Of a stretch of 64,000 nt of DNA, positions 28,437 to 41,600 are shown piece by piece; the stretch's first letter is position 1; each line of letters begins with the position of its first letter. The position numbers and the translations under genes are program-made. The DNA lies in the NCBI GenBank assembly GCA_964247055.1, contig OZ176051.1:992001-1056000 (forward strand). Direction: 5' to 3'. This DNA comes from Paragordius varius. Lineage: Eukaryota > Animalia > Nematomorpha. Below the pieces are notes generated by a model, which worked only from the letters and a program-made list of their open reading frames with translations, was not told the origin of the DNA and ran no database searches.

Positions 28437-29649
28437 ACTTAAATTCACATCAGTCTTTGTCTTTAAAAATCGGATATTGGTCAACGGTGAACGAAACTAT
28501 TTTTTATACATTCTCTTAGTAGGACTACATCAAAATATAGAGATGGTTTGACAAACTCTTTATCCGATTTTTACAACGATACTTTAAAAATTAATGTATA
28601 AAATTAGTCGCATCAATACTCAAGTTAAACTTTATCCTTAAAAATCGGATATTGGTCAACGGTGAACGAAACTATTTTTTATACATTCTCTTAGTAGCAC
28701 TACATCAAAATATAGAGATAGTTTGACAAACTCTTTCATATCCGATTTTTACAACGATACTTTAAAAATTAATGTATAAAACTAGTTGCATCAATACTCA
28801 AGTTAAACTTTGTCCTTAAAAATCGGATATTGGTCACCGGTGAACGAAACTATTTTTTGTACATTCTCTTAGTAGGACTACATCAAAATATAGAGATAGT
28901 TTGACAAACTCTTTCATATCCGATTTTTACAACGATACTTTAAAAATTAATGTATAAAATTAGTCGCATCAATACTCAAGTTAAACTTTATCCTTAAAAA
29001 TCGGATATTGGTCAACGGTGAACGAAACTATTTTTTATACATTCTCTTAGTAGGACTACATCAAAATATAGAGATAGTTTGACAAACTCTTTATCCGATT
29101 TTTACAACGATACTTTAAAAATTAATGTATAAAACTAGTTGCATCAATACTCAAGTTAAACTTTGTCCTTAAAAATCGGATATTGGTCACCGGTGAACGA
29201 AACTATTTTTTATACATTATCTTAGTAGGACTACATCAAAATATAGAGATAGTTTGACAAACTCTTTCATATCCGATTTTTACAACGATACTTTAAAAAT
29301 TAATGTATAAAATTAGTCGCATCAACTCAAGTTAAACTTTGTCCTTAAAAATCGGATATTGGTCAACGGTGAACAAAACTATTTTTTATACATTCTCTTA
29401 GTAGGACTACATTAAAATATAGAGATAGTTTGACAAACTCTTTATCCGATTTTTAAAACGATACTTTAAAAATTAATGTATAAAATTAGTCGCATCAATA
29501 CTCAAGTTAAACTTTGTCCTTAAAAATCGGATATTGGTCAACGATGAACGAAACTATTTTTTATACATTCTCTTAGTAGGACTACATCAAAATATAGAGA
29601 TAGTTTGACAAACTCTTTCATATCCGATTTTTACAACGATACTTTAAAA

Positions 29650-32600
29650 ATTAATGTATAAAACTAGTCGCATCAAAACTCAAGTTAAACTTTGTCCTTA
29701 AAAATCGAATATTGGTCACCGGTGAACAAAATTATTTTTTATACATTCTCTTAGTAGGACTACATCAAAATATAGAGATAGTTTGACAAACTCTTTCATA
29801 TCCGATTTTTACAACGATACTTTAAAAAATAATGTATAAAACTAGTCGCATCAATACTCAAGTTAAACTTTGTATTTAAAAATCGGATATTAGTCACCGG
29901 TGAAGCAAGTTAAACTTTGTCCTTAAAAATCGGATATTGGTCGCCGGTAAAGAAAATTATTTTTTATACATTCTCTTAGTAGGACTACATCAAAATATAG
30001 AGATAGTTTGACAAACTCTTTAATATCTGATTTTTACAGCGATACTTTAACAATTAATGTATAAAATTAGTCGCATCAATACTCAAGTTAAACTTTGTCC
30101 TTAAAAATCGGATATTAGTCACCGGTGAACAAAATTATTTTTTTATACATTCTCTTAGTAAGACTACATCAAAATATAGAGATAGTTTGACAAACTCTTT
30201 AATATCTGATTTTTACAGCGATACTTTAAAAATTAATGTATAAAACTAGTCGCATCAAAACTCAAGTTAAACTTTGTCCTTAAAAATCGGATATTGGTCA
30301 ACGGTGAACGAAACTATTTTTTATACATTCTCTTAGTAGGACTACATTAAAATATAGAGATAGTTTGACAAACTCTTTATCCGATTTTTAAAACGATACT
30401 TTAAAAAATAATGTATAAAACTAGTCGCATCAATACTCAAGTTAAACTTTGTCCTTAAAAATCGGATATTGGTCAACGGTGAACAAAACTATTTTTTATA
30501 CATTCTCTTAGTAGGACTACCTTAAAATATAGAGATAGTTTGACAAACTCTTCATATCCGATTTTTACAACGATACTTTAAAAATTAATGTATAAAATTA
30601 GTCGCATCAATACTCAAGTTAAACTTTGTCCTTAAAAATCGGATATTGGTCAACGGTGAACGAAACTATTTTTTATACATTCTCTTAGTAGGACTACATT
30701 AAAATATAGAGATAGTTTGACAAACTCTTTCATATCCGATTTTTACAACGATACTTTAAAAATTAATGTATAAAATTAGTCGCATCAATACTCAAGTTAA
30801 ACTTTGTCCTTAAAAATCGGATATTGGTCAACGGTGAACGAAACTATTTTTTATACATTCTCTTAGTAGGATTACATCAAAATATAGAGATAGTTTGACA
30901 AACTCTTTCATATCCGATTTTTACAACGATACTTTAAAAATTAATGTATAAAATTAGTCGCATCAACTCAAGTTAAACTTTGTCCTTAAAAATCGGATAT
31001 TAGTCACCGGTAAAGCAAGTTAAACTTTGTCCTTAAAAATCGGATATTGGTCGCCGGTAAAGAAAATTATTTTTTATACACTCTCTTAGTAGGACTACAT
31101 CAGAATATAGAGATAGTTTGACAAACTCTTTCATATCCGATTTTTACAACCATACTTTAAAAAATAATGTATAAAACTAGTCGCATCAATACTCAAGTTA
31201 AACTTTGTTCTTATAAATCGGATATTGGTCGCTGGTAAAGAAAATTATTTTTTATACATTCTCTTAGTAGGACTACATCAAAATATAGAGATAGTTTGAC
31301 AAACTGTTTAATATCTGATTTTTACAGCGATACTTGAAAAATTAATGTATAAAATTAGTCGCATCAATACTAAATTTAAACTTTGTCCTTAAAAATCGGA
31401 TATTAGTCACCGGTGAACAAAATTATTTTTTTATACATTCTCTTAGTAAGACTACATCAAAATATAGAGATAGTTTGACAAACTCTTTAATATCTGATTT
31501 TTACAGCGATACTTTAAAAATTAATGTATAATTTAGCATACGACAATAAGCAAGTTAAACTTTGTCCTTAAAAATCGGATATTGGTCGCCGGTAAAGAAA
31601 ATTATTTTTTCTACATTCTCTTAGTAGGACTACATCAAAATATAGAGATAGTTTGACAAACTCTTTCATATCCGATTTTTACAACGATACTTTAAAAAAT
31701 AATGTATAAAACTAGTCGCATCAAAACTCAAGTTAAACTTTGTTCTTAAAAATCGGATATTGGTCGCCGGTAAAGAAAATTATTTTTTATACATTCTCTT
31801 AGTAGGACTACATCAAAATATAGAGATAGTTTGACAAACTGTTTAATATCTGATTTTTACAGCGATACTTGAAAAATTAATGTATAAAATTAGTCGCATC
31901 AATACTCAATTTAAACTTTGTCCTTAAAAATCGGATATTAGTCACCGGTGAACAAAATTATTTTTTTATACATTCTCTTAGTAAGACTACATCAAAATAT
32001 AGAGATAGTTTGACAAACTCTTTAATATCTGATTTTTACAGCGATACTTTAAAAATTAATGTATAATTTAGCATACGACAATAAGCAAGTTAAACTTTGT
32101 CCTTAAAAATCGGATATTGGTCGCCGGTAAAGAAAATTATTTTTTCTACATTCTCTTAGTAGGACTACATCAAAATATAGAGATAGTTTGACAAACTCTT
32201 TCATATCCGATTTTTACAACGATACTTTAAAAAATAATGTATAAAACTAGTCGCATCAATACTCAAGTTAAACTTTGTTCTTAAAAATCGGATATTGGTC
32301 GCTGGTAAAGAAAATTATTTTTTATACATTCTCTTAGTAGGACTACATCAAAATATAGAGATAGTTTAACAAACTGTTTAATATCTGATTTTTACAGCGA
32401 TACTTTATAAATTAATGTATAAAATTAGTCGCATCAATACGCAAGTTAAACTTTGTCCTTAAAAATCGGATATTAGTCACCGGTGAACAAAATTATTTTT
32501 TTATACATTCTCTTAGTAAGACTACATCAAAATATAGAGATAGTTTGACAAACTCTTTAATATCTGATTTTTACAGCGATACTTTAAAAATTAATGTATA

Positions 32601-35600
32601 AAACTAGTCGCATCAATACTCAAGTTAAACTTTGTCCTTAAAAATCGGATATTGAACACCGGTGAACAAAATTAATTTTTATACATTCTCTTAGTAGGAC
32701 TACATCAAAATATAGAGATAGTTTGACAAACTCTTTCATATCCGATTTTTACAACGATACTTTAAAAAATAATGTATAAAACTAGTCGCATCAATACTCA
32801 AGTTAAACTTTGTCCTTAAAAATCGGATATTAGTCACCGGTAAAGCAAGTTAAACTTTGTCCTTAAAAATCGGATATTGGTCGCCGGTAAAGAAAATTAT
32901 TTTTTATACATTCTCTTAGTAGGACTACATCAAAATATAGAGATAGTTTGACAAACTCTTTAATATCTGATTTTTACAGCGATACTTTAAAAATTAATGT
33001 ATAAAATTAGTCGCATCAATACTCAAGTTAAACTTTGTCCTTAAAAATCGGATATTAGTCACCGGTGAACAAAATTATTTTTTTATACATTCTCTTAGTA
33101 AGACTACATCAAAATATAGAGATAGTTTGACAAACTCTTTAATATCTGATTTTTACAGCGATACTTTAAAAATTAATGTATAAAATTAGTCGCATCAATA
33201 CGCAAGTTAAACTTTGTCCTTAAAAATCGGATATTAGTCACCGGTGAACAAAATTATTTTTTTATACATTCTCTTAGTAAGACTACATCAAAATATAGAG
33301 ATAGTTTGACAAACTCTTTAATATCTGATTTTTACAACGATACTTTAAAAATTAATGTATAAAACTAGTCGCATCAATACTCAAGTTAAACTTTGTCCTT
33401 AAAAATCGGATATTGTACACCGGTGAACAAAATTAATTTTTATACATTCTCTTAGTAGGACTACATCAAAATATAGAGATAGTTTGACAAACTCTTTAAT
33501 ATCTGATTTTTACAGCGATACTTTAAAAATTAATGTATAATTTAGCATACGACAATAAGCAAGTTAAACTTTGTCCTTAAAAATCGGATATTAGTCACCG
33601 GTGAAGCAAGTTAAACTTTGTCCTTAAAAATCGGATATTGGTCGCCGGTAAAGAAAATTATTTTTTATACATTCTCTTAGTAGGACTACATCAAAATATA
33701 GAGATAGTTTGACAAACTCTTTCATATCCGATATTTACAACGATACTTTAAAAATTAATGTATAAAACTAGTCGCATCAATACTCAAGTTAAACTTTGTC
33801 CCTAAAAATCGGATATTGAACACCGGTGAACAAAATTAATTTTTATACATTCTCTTAGTAGGACTACATCAAAATATAGAGATAGTTTGACAAACTCTTT
33901 AATATCTGATTTTTACAGCGATACTTTAAAAATTAATGTATAATTTAGCATACGACAATAAGCAAGTTAACCTTTGTCCTTAAAAATCGGATATTGGTCG
34001 CCGGTAAAGAATATTATTTTTTCTACATTCTCTTAGTAAGACTACATCAAAATATAGAGATAGTTTGACAAACTCTTTCATATCCGATTTTTACAACGAT
34101 ACTTTAAAAAATAATGTATAAAACTAGTCGCATCAATACTCAAGTTAAACTTTTTTCTTAAAAATCGGATATTGGTCGCCGGTGAACAAAATTATTTTTT
34201 TATACATTCTCTTAGTAGGACTACATCAAAATATAGAGATAGTTTGACAAACTCTTTCATATCCAATTTTTACAACGATACTTTAAAAATTAATGTATAA
34301 AACTAGTCGCATCAATACTCAAGTTAAACTTTGTCCTTAAAAATCGGATATTGAACACCGGTGAACAAAATTAATTTTTATACATTCTCTTAGTAGGACT
34401 ACATCAAAATATAGAGATAGTTTGACAAACTCTTTCATATCCGATTTTTACAACGATACTTTAAAAAATAATGTATAAAACTAGTCGCATCAATACTCAA
34501 GTTAAACTTTGTCCTTAAAAATCGGATATTAGTCACCGGTGAAGCAAGTTAAACTTTGTCCTTAAAAATCGGATATTGGTCGCCGGTAAAGAAAATTATT
34601 TTTTATACATTCTCTTAGTAGGACTACATCAAAATATAGAGATAGTTTGACAAACTCTTTCATAACCGATTTTTACAACCATACTTTAAAAAACAATGTA
34701 TAAAACTAGTCGCATCAATACTCAAGTTAAACTTTGTTCTTATAAATCGGATATTGGTCGCTGGTAAAGAAAATCATTTTTTATACATTCTCTTAGTAGG
34801 ACTACATCAAAATATAAAGATAGTTTGACAAACTGTTTAATATCTGATTTTTACAGCGATACTTTAAAAATTAATGTATAAAATTAGTCGCATTAATACT
34901 CAATTTAAACTTTGTCCTTAAAAATCGGATATTAGTCACCGGTGAACAAAATTATTTTTTTATACATTCTCTTAGTAAGACTACATCAAAATATAGAGAT
35001 AGTTCGACAAACTCTTTAATATCTGATTTTTACAGCGATACTTTAAAAATAAATGTATAATTTAGCATACGACAATAAGCAAGTTAAACTTTGTCCTTAA
35101 AAATCGGATATTGGTCGCCTGTAAAGAAAATTATTTTTTCTACATTCTCTTAGTAGGACTACATCAAAATATAGAGATAGTTTGACAAACTCTTTCATAT
35201 CCGATTTTTACAACGATACTTTATAAATTAATGTATAAAATTAGTCGCATCAATACGCAAGTTAAACTTTGTCCTTAAAAATCGGATATTAGTCACCGGT
35301 GAACAAAATTATTTTTTTATACATTCTCTTAGTAAGACTACATCAAAATATAGAGATAGTTTGACAAACTCTTTAATATCTGATTTTTACAGCGATACTT
35401 TAAAAATTAATGTATAAAACTAGTCGCATCAATACTCAAGTTAAACTTTGTCCTTAAAAATCGGATATTGAACACCGGTGAAAAAAATTAATTTTTATAC
35501 ATTCTCTTAGTAGGACTACATCAAAATATAGAGATAGTTTGACAAACTCTTTCATATCCGATTTTTACAACGATACTTTAAAAAATAATGTATAAAACTA

Positions 35601-38600
35601 GTCGCATCAATACTCAAGTTAAACTTTGTCCTTAAAAATCGGATATTAGTCACCGGTAAAGCAAGTTAAACTTTGTCCTTAAAAATCGGATATTGGTCGC
35701 CGGTAAAGAAAATTATTTTTTATACATTCTCTTAGTAGGACTACATCAAAATATAGAGATAGTTTGACAAACTCTTTAATATCTGATTTTTACAGCGATA
35801 CTTTAAAAATTAATGTATAAAATTAGTCGCATCAATACTCAAGTTAAACTTTGTTCTTAAAAATCGGATATTGGTCGCCGGTAAAGAAAATTATTTTTTC
35901 TACATTCTCTTAGTAGGACTACATCAAAATATAGAGATAGTTTGACAAACTCTTTCATATCCGATTTTTACAACCATACTTTAAAAAATAATGTATAAAA
36001 CTAGTCGCATCAATACTCAAGTTAAACTTTGTTCTTATAAATCGGATATTGGTCGCTGGTAAAGAAAATTATTTTTTTATACATTCTCTTAGTAGGACTA
36101 CATCAAAATATAGAGATAGTTTGACAAACTGTTTAATATCTGATTTTTACAGCGATACTTTAAAAATTATTGTATAAAATTAGTCGCATCAATACTCAAG
36201 TTAAACTTTGTTCTTAAAAATCGGATATTGGTCGCCGGTAAAGAAAATTATTTTTTCTACATTCTCTTAGTAGGACTACATCAAAATATAGAGATAGTTT
36301 GACAAACTCTTTCATATCCGATTTTTACAACCATACTTTAAAAAATAATGTATAAAACTAGTCGCATCAATACTCAAGTTAAACTTTGTTCTTATAAATC
36401 GGATATTGGTCGCTGGTAAAGAAAATTATTTTTTATACATTCTCTTAGTAGGACGACATCAAAATATAGAGATAGTTTGACAAACTGTTTAATATCTGAT
36501 TTTTACAGCGATACTTTAAAAATTAATGTATAAAATTAGTCGCATTAATACTCAATTTAAACTTTGTCCTTAAAAATCGGATATTAGTCACCGGTGAACA
36601 AAATTATTTTTTTATACATTCTCTTAGTAAGACTACATCAAAATATAGAGATAGTTCGACAAACTCTTTAATATCTGATTTTTACAGCGATACTTTAAAA
36701 ATAAATGTATAATTTAGCATACGACAATAAGCAAGTTAAACTTTGTCCTTAAAAATCGGATATTGGTCGCCGGTAAAGAAAATTATTTTTTCTACATTCT
36801 CTTAGTAGGACTACATCAAAATATAGAGATAGTTTGACAAACTGTTTGATATCCGATTTTTACAACGATACTTTAAAAATTAATGTATAAAACTAGTCGC
36901 ATCAATACTCAAGTTAAACTTTGTCCTTAAAAATCGGATATTAAACACCGGTGAACAAAATTAATTTTTATACATTCTCTTAGTAGGACTACATCAAAAT
37001 ATATAGATAGTTTGACAAACTCTTTCATATCCGATTTTTACAACGATACTTTAAAAAATAATGTATAAAACTAGTCGCATCAATACTCAAGTTAAACTTT
37101 GTCCTTAAAAATCGGATATTAGTCACCGGTGAAGCAAGTTAAACTTTGTCCTTAAAAATCGGATATTGGTCGCCGGTAAAGAAAATTATTTTTTATACAT
37201 TCTCTTAGTAGGACTACATCAAAATATAGAGATAGTTTGACAAACTCTTTCATATCCGATATTTACAACGATACTTTAAAAAATAATGTATAAAACTAGT
37301 CGCATCAATACTCAAGTTAAACTTTGTTCTTAAAAATCGGATATTGGTCGCCGGTAAAGAAAATTATTTTTTATACATTCTCTTAGTAGGACTACATCAA
37401 AATATAGAGATAGTTTGACAAACTCTTTCATATCCGATTTTTACAACGATACTTTAAAAATTAATGTATAAAACTAGTCGCATCAATACTCAAGTTAAAC
37501 TTTGTCCTTAAAAATCGGATATTGAACACCGGTGAACAAAATTAATTTTTATACATTCTCTTAGTAAGACTACATCAAAATATAGAGATAGTTTGACAAA
37601 CTCTTTAATATCTGATTTTTACAGCGATACTTTATAAATTAATGTATAATTTAGCATACGACAATAAGCAAGTTACACTTTGTCTTTAAAAATCGGATAT
37701 TGGTCGCCGGTAAAGAAAATTATTTTTTATACATTCTCTTAGTAGGACTACATCAAAATATAGAGATAGTTTGACAAACTCTTTAATATCTGATTTTTAC
37801 AGCGATACTTTAAAAATTAATGTATAAAATTAGTCGCATCAATACTCAAGTTAAACTTTGTCCTTAAAAATCGGATATTAGTCACCGGTGAACAAAATTA
37901 TTTTTTTATACATTCTCTTAGTAAGACTACATCAAAATATAGAGATAGTTTGACAAACTCTTTAATATCTGATTTTTACAGCGATACTTTATAAATCAAT
38001 GTATAATTTAGCATACGACAATAAGCAAGTTAAACTTTGTCCTTAAAAATCGGATATTGGTCGCCGGTAAAGAAAATTATTTTTCATACATTCTCTTAGT
38101 AGGACTACATCAAAATATAGAGATAGTTTGACAAACTCTTTCATATCCGATTTTTGCAACGATACTTTAAAAAATAATGTATAAAACTAGTCGCATCAAT
38201 ACTCAAGTTAAACTTTGTTCTTAAAAATCGGATATTGGTCGCCGGTAAAGAAAATTATTTTTTATACATTCTCTTAGTAGGACTACATCAAAATATAGAG
38301 ATAGTTTGACAAACTCTTTCATATCCGATTTTTACAACGATACTTTAAAAATTAATGTATAAAACTAGTCGCATCAATACTCAAGTTAAACTTTGTCCTT
38401 AAAAATCGGATATTGAACACCGGTGAACAAAATTAATTTTTATACATTCTCTTAGTAAGACTACATCAAAATATAGAGATAGTTTGACAAACTCTTTAAT
38501 ATCTGATTTTTACAGCGATACTTTATACATTAATGTATAATTTAGCATACGACAATAAGCAAGTTAAACTTTGTCCTTAAAAATCGGATATTGGTCGCCG

Positions 38601-41600
38601 GTAAAGAAAATTATTTTTTATACATTCTCTTAGTAGGACTACATCAAAATATAGAGATAGTTTGACAAACTCTTTAATATCTGATTTTTACAGCGATACT
38701 TTAAAAATTAATGTATAAAATTAGTCGCATCAATACTCAAGTTAAACTTTGTCCTTAAAAATCGGATATTAGTCACCGGTGAACAAAATTATTTTTTTAT
38801 ACATTCTCTTAGTAAGACTACATCAAAATATAGAGATAGTTTGACAAACTCTTTAATATCTGATTTTTACAGCGATACTTTATAAATCAATGTATAATTT
38901 AGCATACGACAATAAGCAAGTTAAACTTTGTCCTTAAAAATCGGATATTGGTCGCCGGTAAAGAAAATTATTTTTCATACATTCTCTTAGTAGGACTACA
39001 TCAAAATATAGAGATAGTTTGACAAACTCTTTCATATCCGATTTTTGCAACGATACTTTAAAAAATAATGTATAAAACTAGTCGCATCAAAACTCAAGTT
39101 AAACTTTGTTCTTAAAAATCGGATATTGGTCGCCTGTAAAGAAAATTATTTTTTATACATTCTCTTAGTAGGACTACATCAAAATATAGAGATAGTAGAC
39201 AAACTCTTTCATCTCCGATTTTTACAACGATACTTTAAATATTAATGTATAAAACTAGTCGCATCAATACTCAAGTTAAACTTTGTCCTTAAAAATCGGA
39301 TATTATGAACAAAATTATTTTTTTTTACATTCTCTTAGTAAGACTACATCAAAATATAGAGATAGTTTGACAAACTCTTTAATATCTGATTTTTACAGCG
39401 ATATAAAAATTAATGTATAATTTAGCATACGACAATAAGCAAGTTAAACTTTGTCCTTAAAAATCGGATATTGTTCGCCGGTAAAGAAAATTATTTTTTA
39501 TACATTCTCTTAGTAAGAATACATCAAAATATAGAGAAAGTTTGACAAACTCTTTCATATCCGATTTTTACAACGATACTTTAAAAAATAATGTATAAAA
39601 CTAGTCGCATCAAAACTCAAGTTAAACTTTGTTCTTAAAAATCGGATATTGGTCGCCGGTAAAGAAAATTATTTTTTATACATTCTCTTAGTAGGACTAC
39701 ATCAAAATATAGAGATAGTTTGACAAACTCTTTAATATCTAATTTTTACAGCGATACTTTATAAATCAATGTATAATTTAGCATACGACAATAAGCAAGT
39801 TAAACTTTGTCCTTAAAAATCGGATATTGGTCGCCGGTAAAGAAAATCATTTTTCATACATTCTTATAGTAGGACTACATCAAAATATAGAGATAGTTTG
39901 ACAAACTCTTTCATATCCGATTTTTACAACGATACTTTAAAAAATAATGTATAAAACTAGTCGCATCAAAACTCAAGTTAAACTTTGTTCTTAAAAATCG
40001 GATATTGGTCGCCGGTAAAGAAAATTATTTTTTATACATTCTCTTAGTAGGATTACATCAAAATATAGAGATAGTAGACAAACTCTTTCATATCCGATTT
40101 TTACAACGATACTTTAAATATTAATGTATAAAACTAGTCGCATCAATACTCAAGTTAAATTTTGTCCTTAAAAATCGGATATTAGTCACCGGTGAACAAA
40201 ATTATTTTTTTTTACATTCTCTTAGTAAGACTACATCAAAATATAGAGATAGTTTGACAAACTCTTTAATATCTGATTTTTACAACGATATAAAAATTAA
40301 TGTATAATTTAGCATACGACAATAAGCAAGTTAAACTTTGTCCTTAAAAATCGGATATTGTTCGCCGGTAAAGAAAATTATTTTTTATACATTCTCTTAG
40401 TAAGACTACATCAAAATATAGAGATAGTTTGACAAACTCTTTCATATCCGATTTTTACAACGATACTTTAAAAAATAATGTATAAAACTAGTCGCATCAA
40501 AACTCAAGTTAAACTTTGTTCTTAAAAATCGGATATTGGTCGCCGGTAAAGAAAATTATTTATACATTCTCTTAGTAGGACTACATCAAAATATAGAGAT
40601 AGTTTGACAAACTCTTTCATATCCGATTTTTACAACGATACTTTAAAAAATAATGTATAAAACTAGTCGCATCAATACTCAAGTTAAACTTTGTCCTTAA
40701 AAATCGGATATTAGTCACCGGTGAAGCAAGTTAAACTTTGTCCTTAAAAATCGGATATTGGTCGCCGGTAAAGAAAATTATTTATACATTCTCTTAGTAG
40801 GACTACATCAAAATATAGAGATAGTTTGACAAACTCTTTCATATCCGATTTTTACAACGATACTTTAAAAAATAATGTATAAAACTAGTCGCATCAATAC
40901 TCAAGTTAAACTTTGTCCTTAAAAATCGGATATTAGTCACCGGTGAAGCAAGTTAAACTTTGTCCTTAAAAATCGGATATTGGTCGCCTGTAAAGAAAAT
41001 TATTTTTTATACATTCTCTTAGTAGGACTACATCAAAATTAGAGATAGTTTGAAAAACTCTTTCATATCCGATTTTTACAACGATACTTTAAAAAATAAT
41101 GTATAAAACTAGTCGCATCAATACTCAAGTTAAACTTTGTTCTTAAAAATCGGATATTGGTCGCCGGTAAAGAAAATTATTTTTTATACATTCTCTTAGT
41201 AGGACTACATCAAAATATAGAGATAGTTTGACAAACTCTTTAATATCTGATTTTTACAGCGATACTTTAAAAATTAAAGTATAAAATTAGTCGCATCAAT
41301 ACTCAAGTTAAACTTTGTCCTTAAAAATCGGATATTAGTCACCGGTGAACAAAATTTTTTTTTATACATTCTCTTAGTAAGACTACATCAAAATATAGAG
41401 ATAGTTTAACAAACTCTTTAATATCTGATTTTTACAGCGATACTTTATAAATTAATGTATAATTTAGCATACGACAATAAGCAAGTTAAACTTTGTCCTT
41501 AAAAATCGGATATTGGTCGCCGGTAAAGAAAATTATTTTTTATACATTCTCTTAGTAGGACTACATCAAAATATAGAGATAGTTTGACAAACTCTTTCAT

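Larger units (their letters stand above)
26669..28455. mobile_element. 1787-bp foldback (palindromic) non-autonomous DNA transposon derivative, probably PIF/Harbinger-related
   Basis: Begins GACTGATGTGAATTTAAGTCAG and ends CTGACTTAAATTCACATCAGTC. Mirror positions sum to 55124 throughout. It is flanked by TTT on both sides (26666-68, 28456-58) where the empty monomer has a single TTT. It carries a Myb/SANT-like remnant but no transposase. Confidence 0.88.
27643..28455 (-). repeat. Right inverted arm (813 bp)
   Basis: Mirror of the left arm. The ORF track gives identical 76-aa ORFs at 26955-27185(+) and 27939-28169(-). Confidence 0.97.

Noticed and set aside
26669-28455. Palindrome as a fold-back read artefact
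   Set aside because: The flanking satellite keeps the same orientation on both sides, there is a unique spacer and a TSD, and the arms differ at a few positions. Considered unlikely, though only reads can exclude it.
26660-28465. Classification as Spy, CACTA, Mutator or Galileo
   Set aside because: The site is not AAA|TTT without a TSD (Spy), the termini are not CACTA, and there is no 7-11-bp duplication (Galileo/Mutator). PIF/Harbinger-like remains only a best guess.
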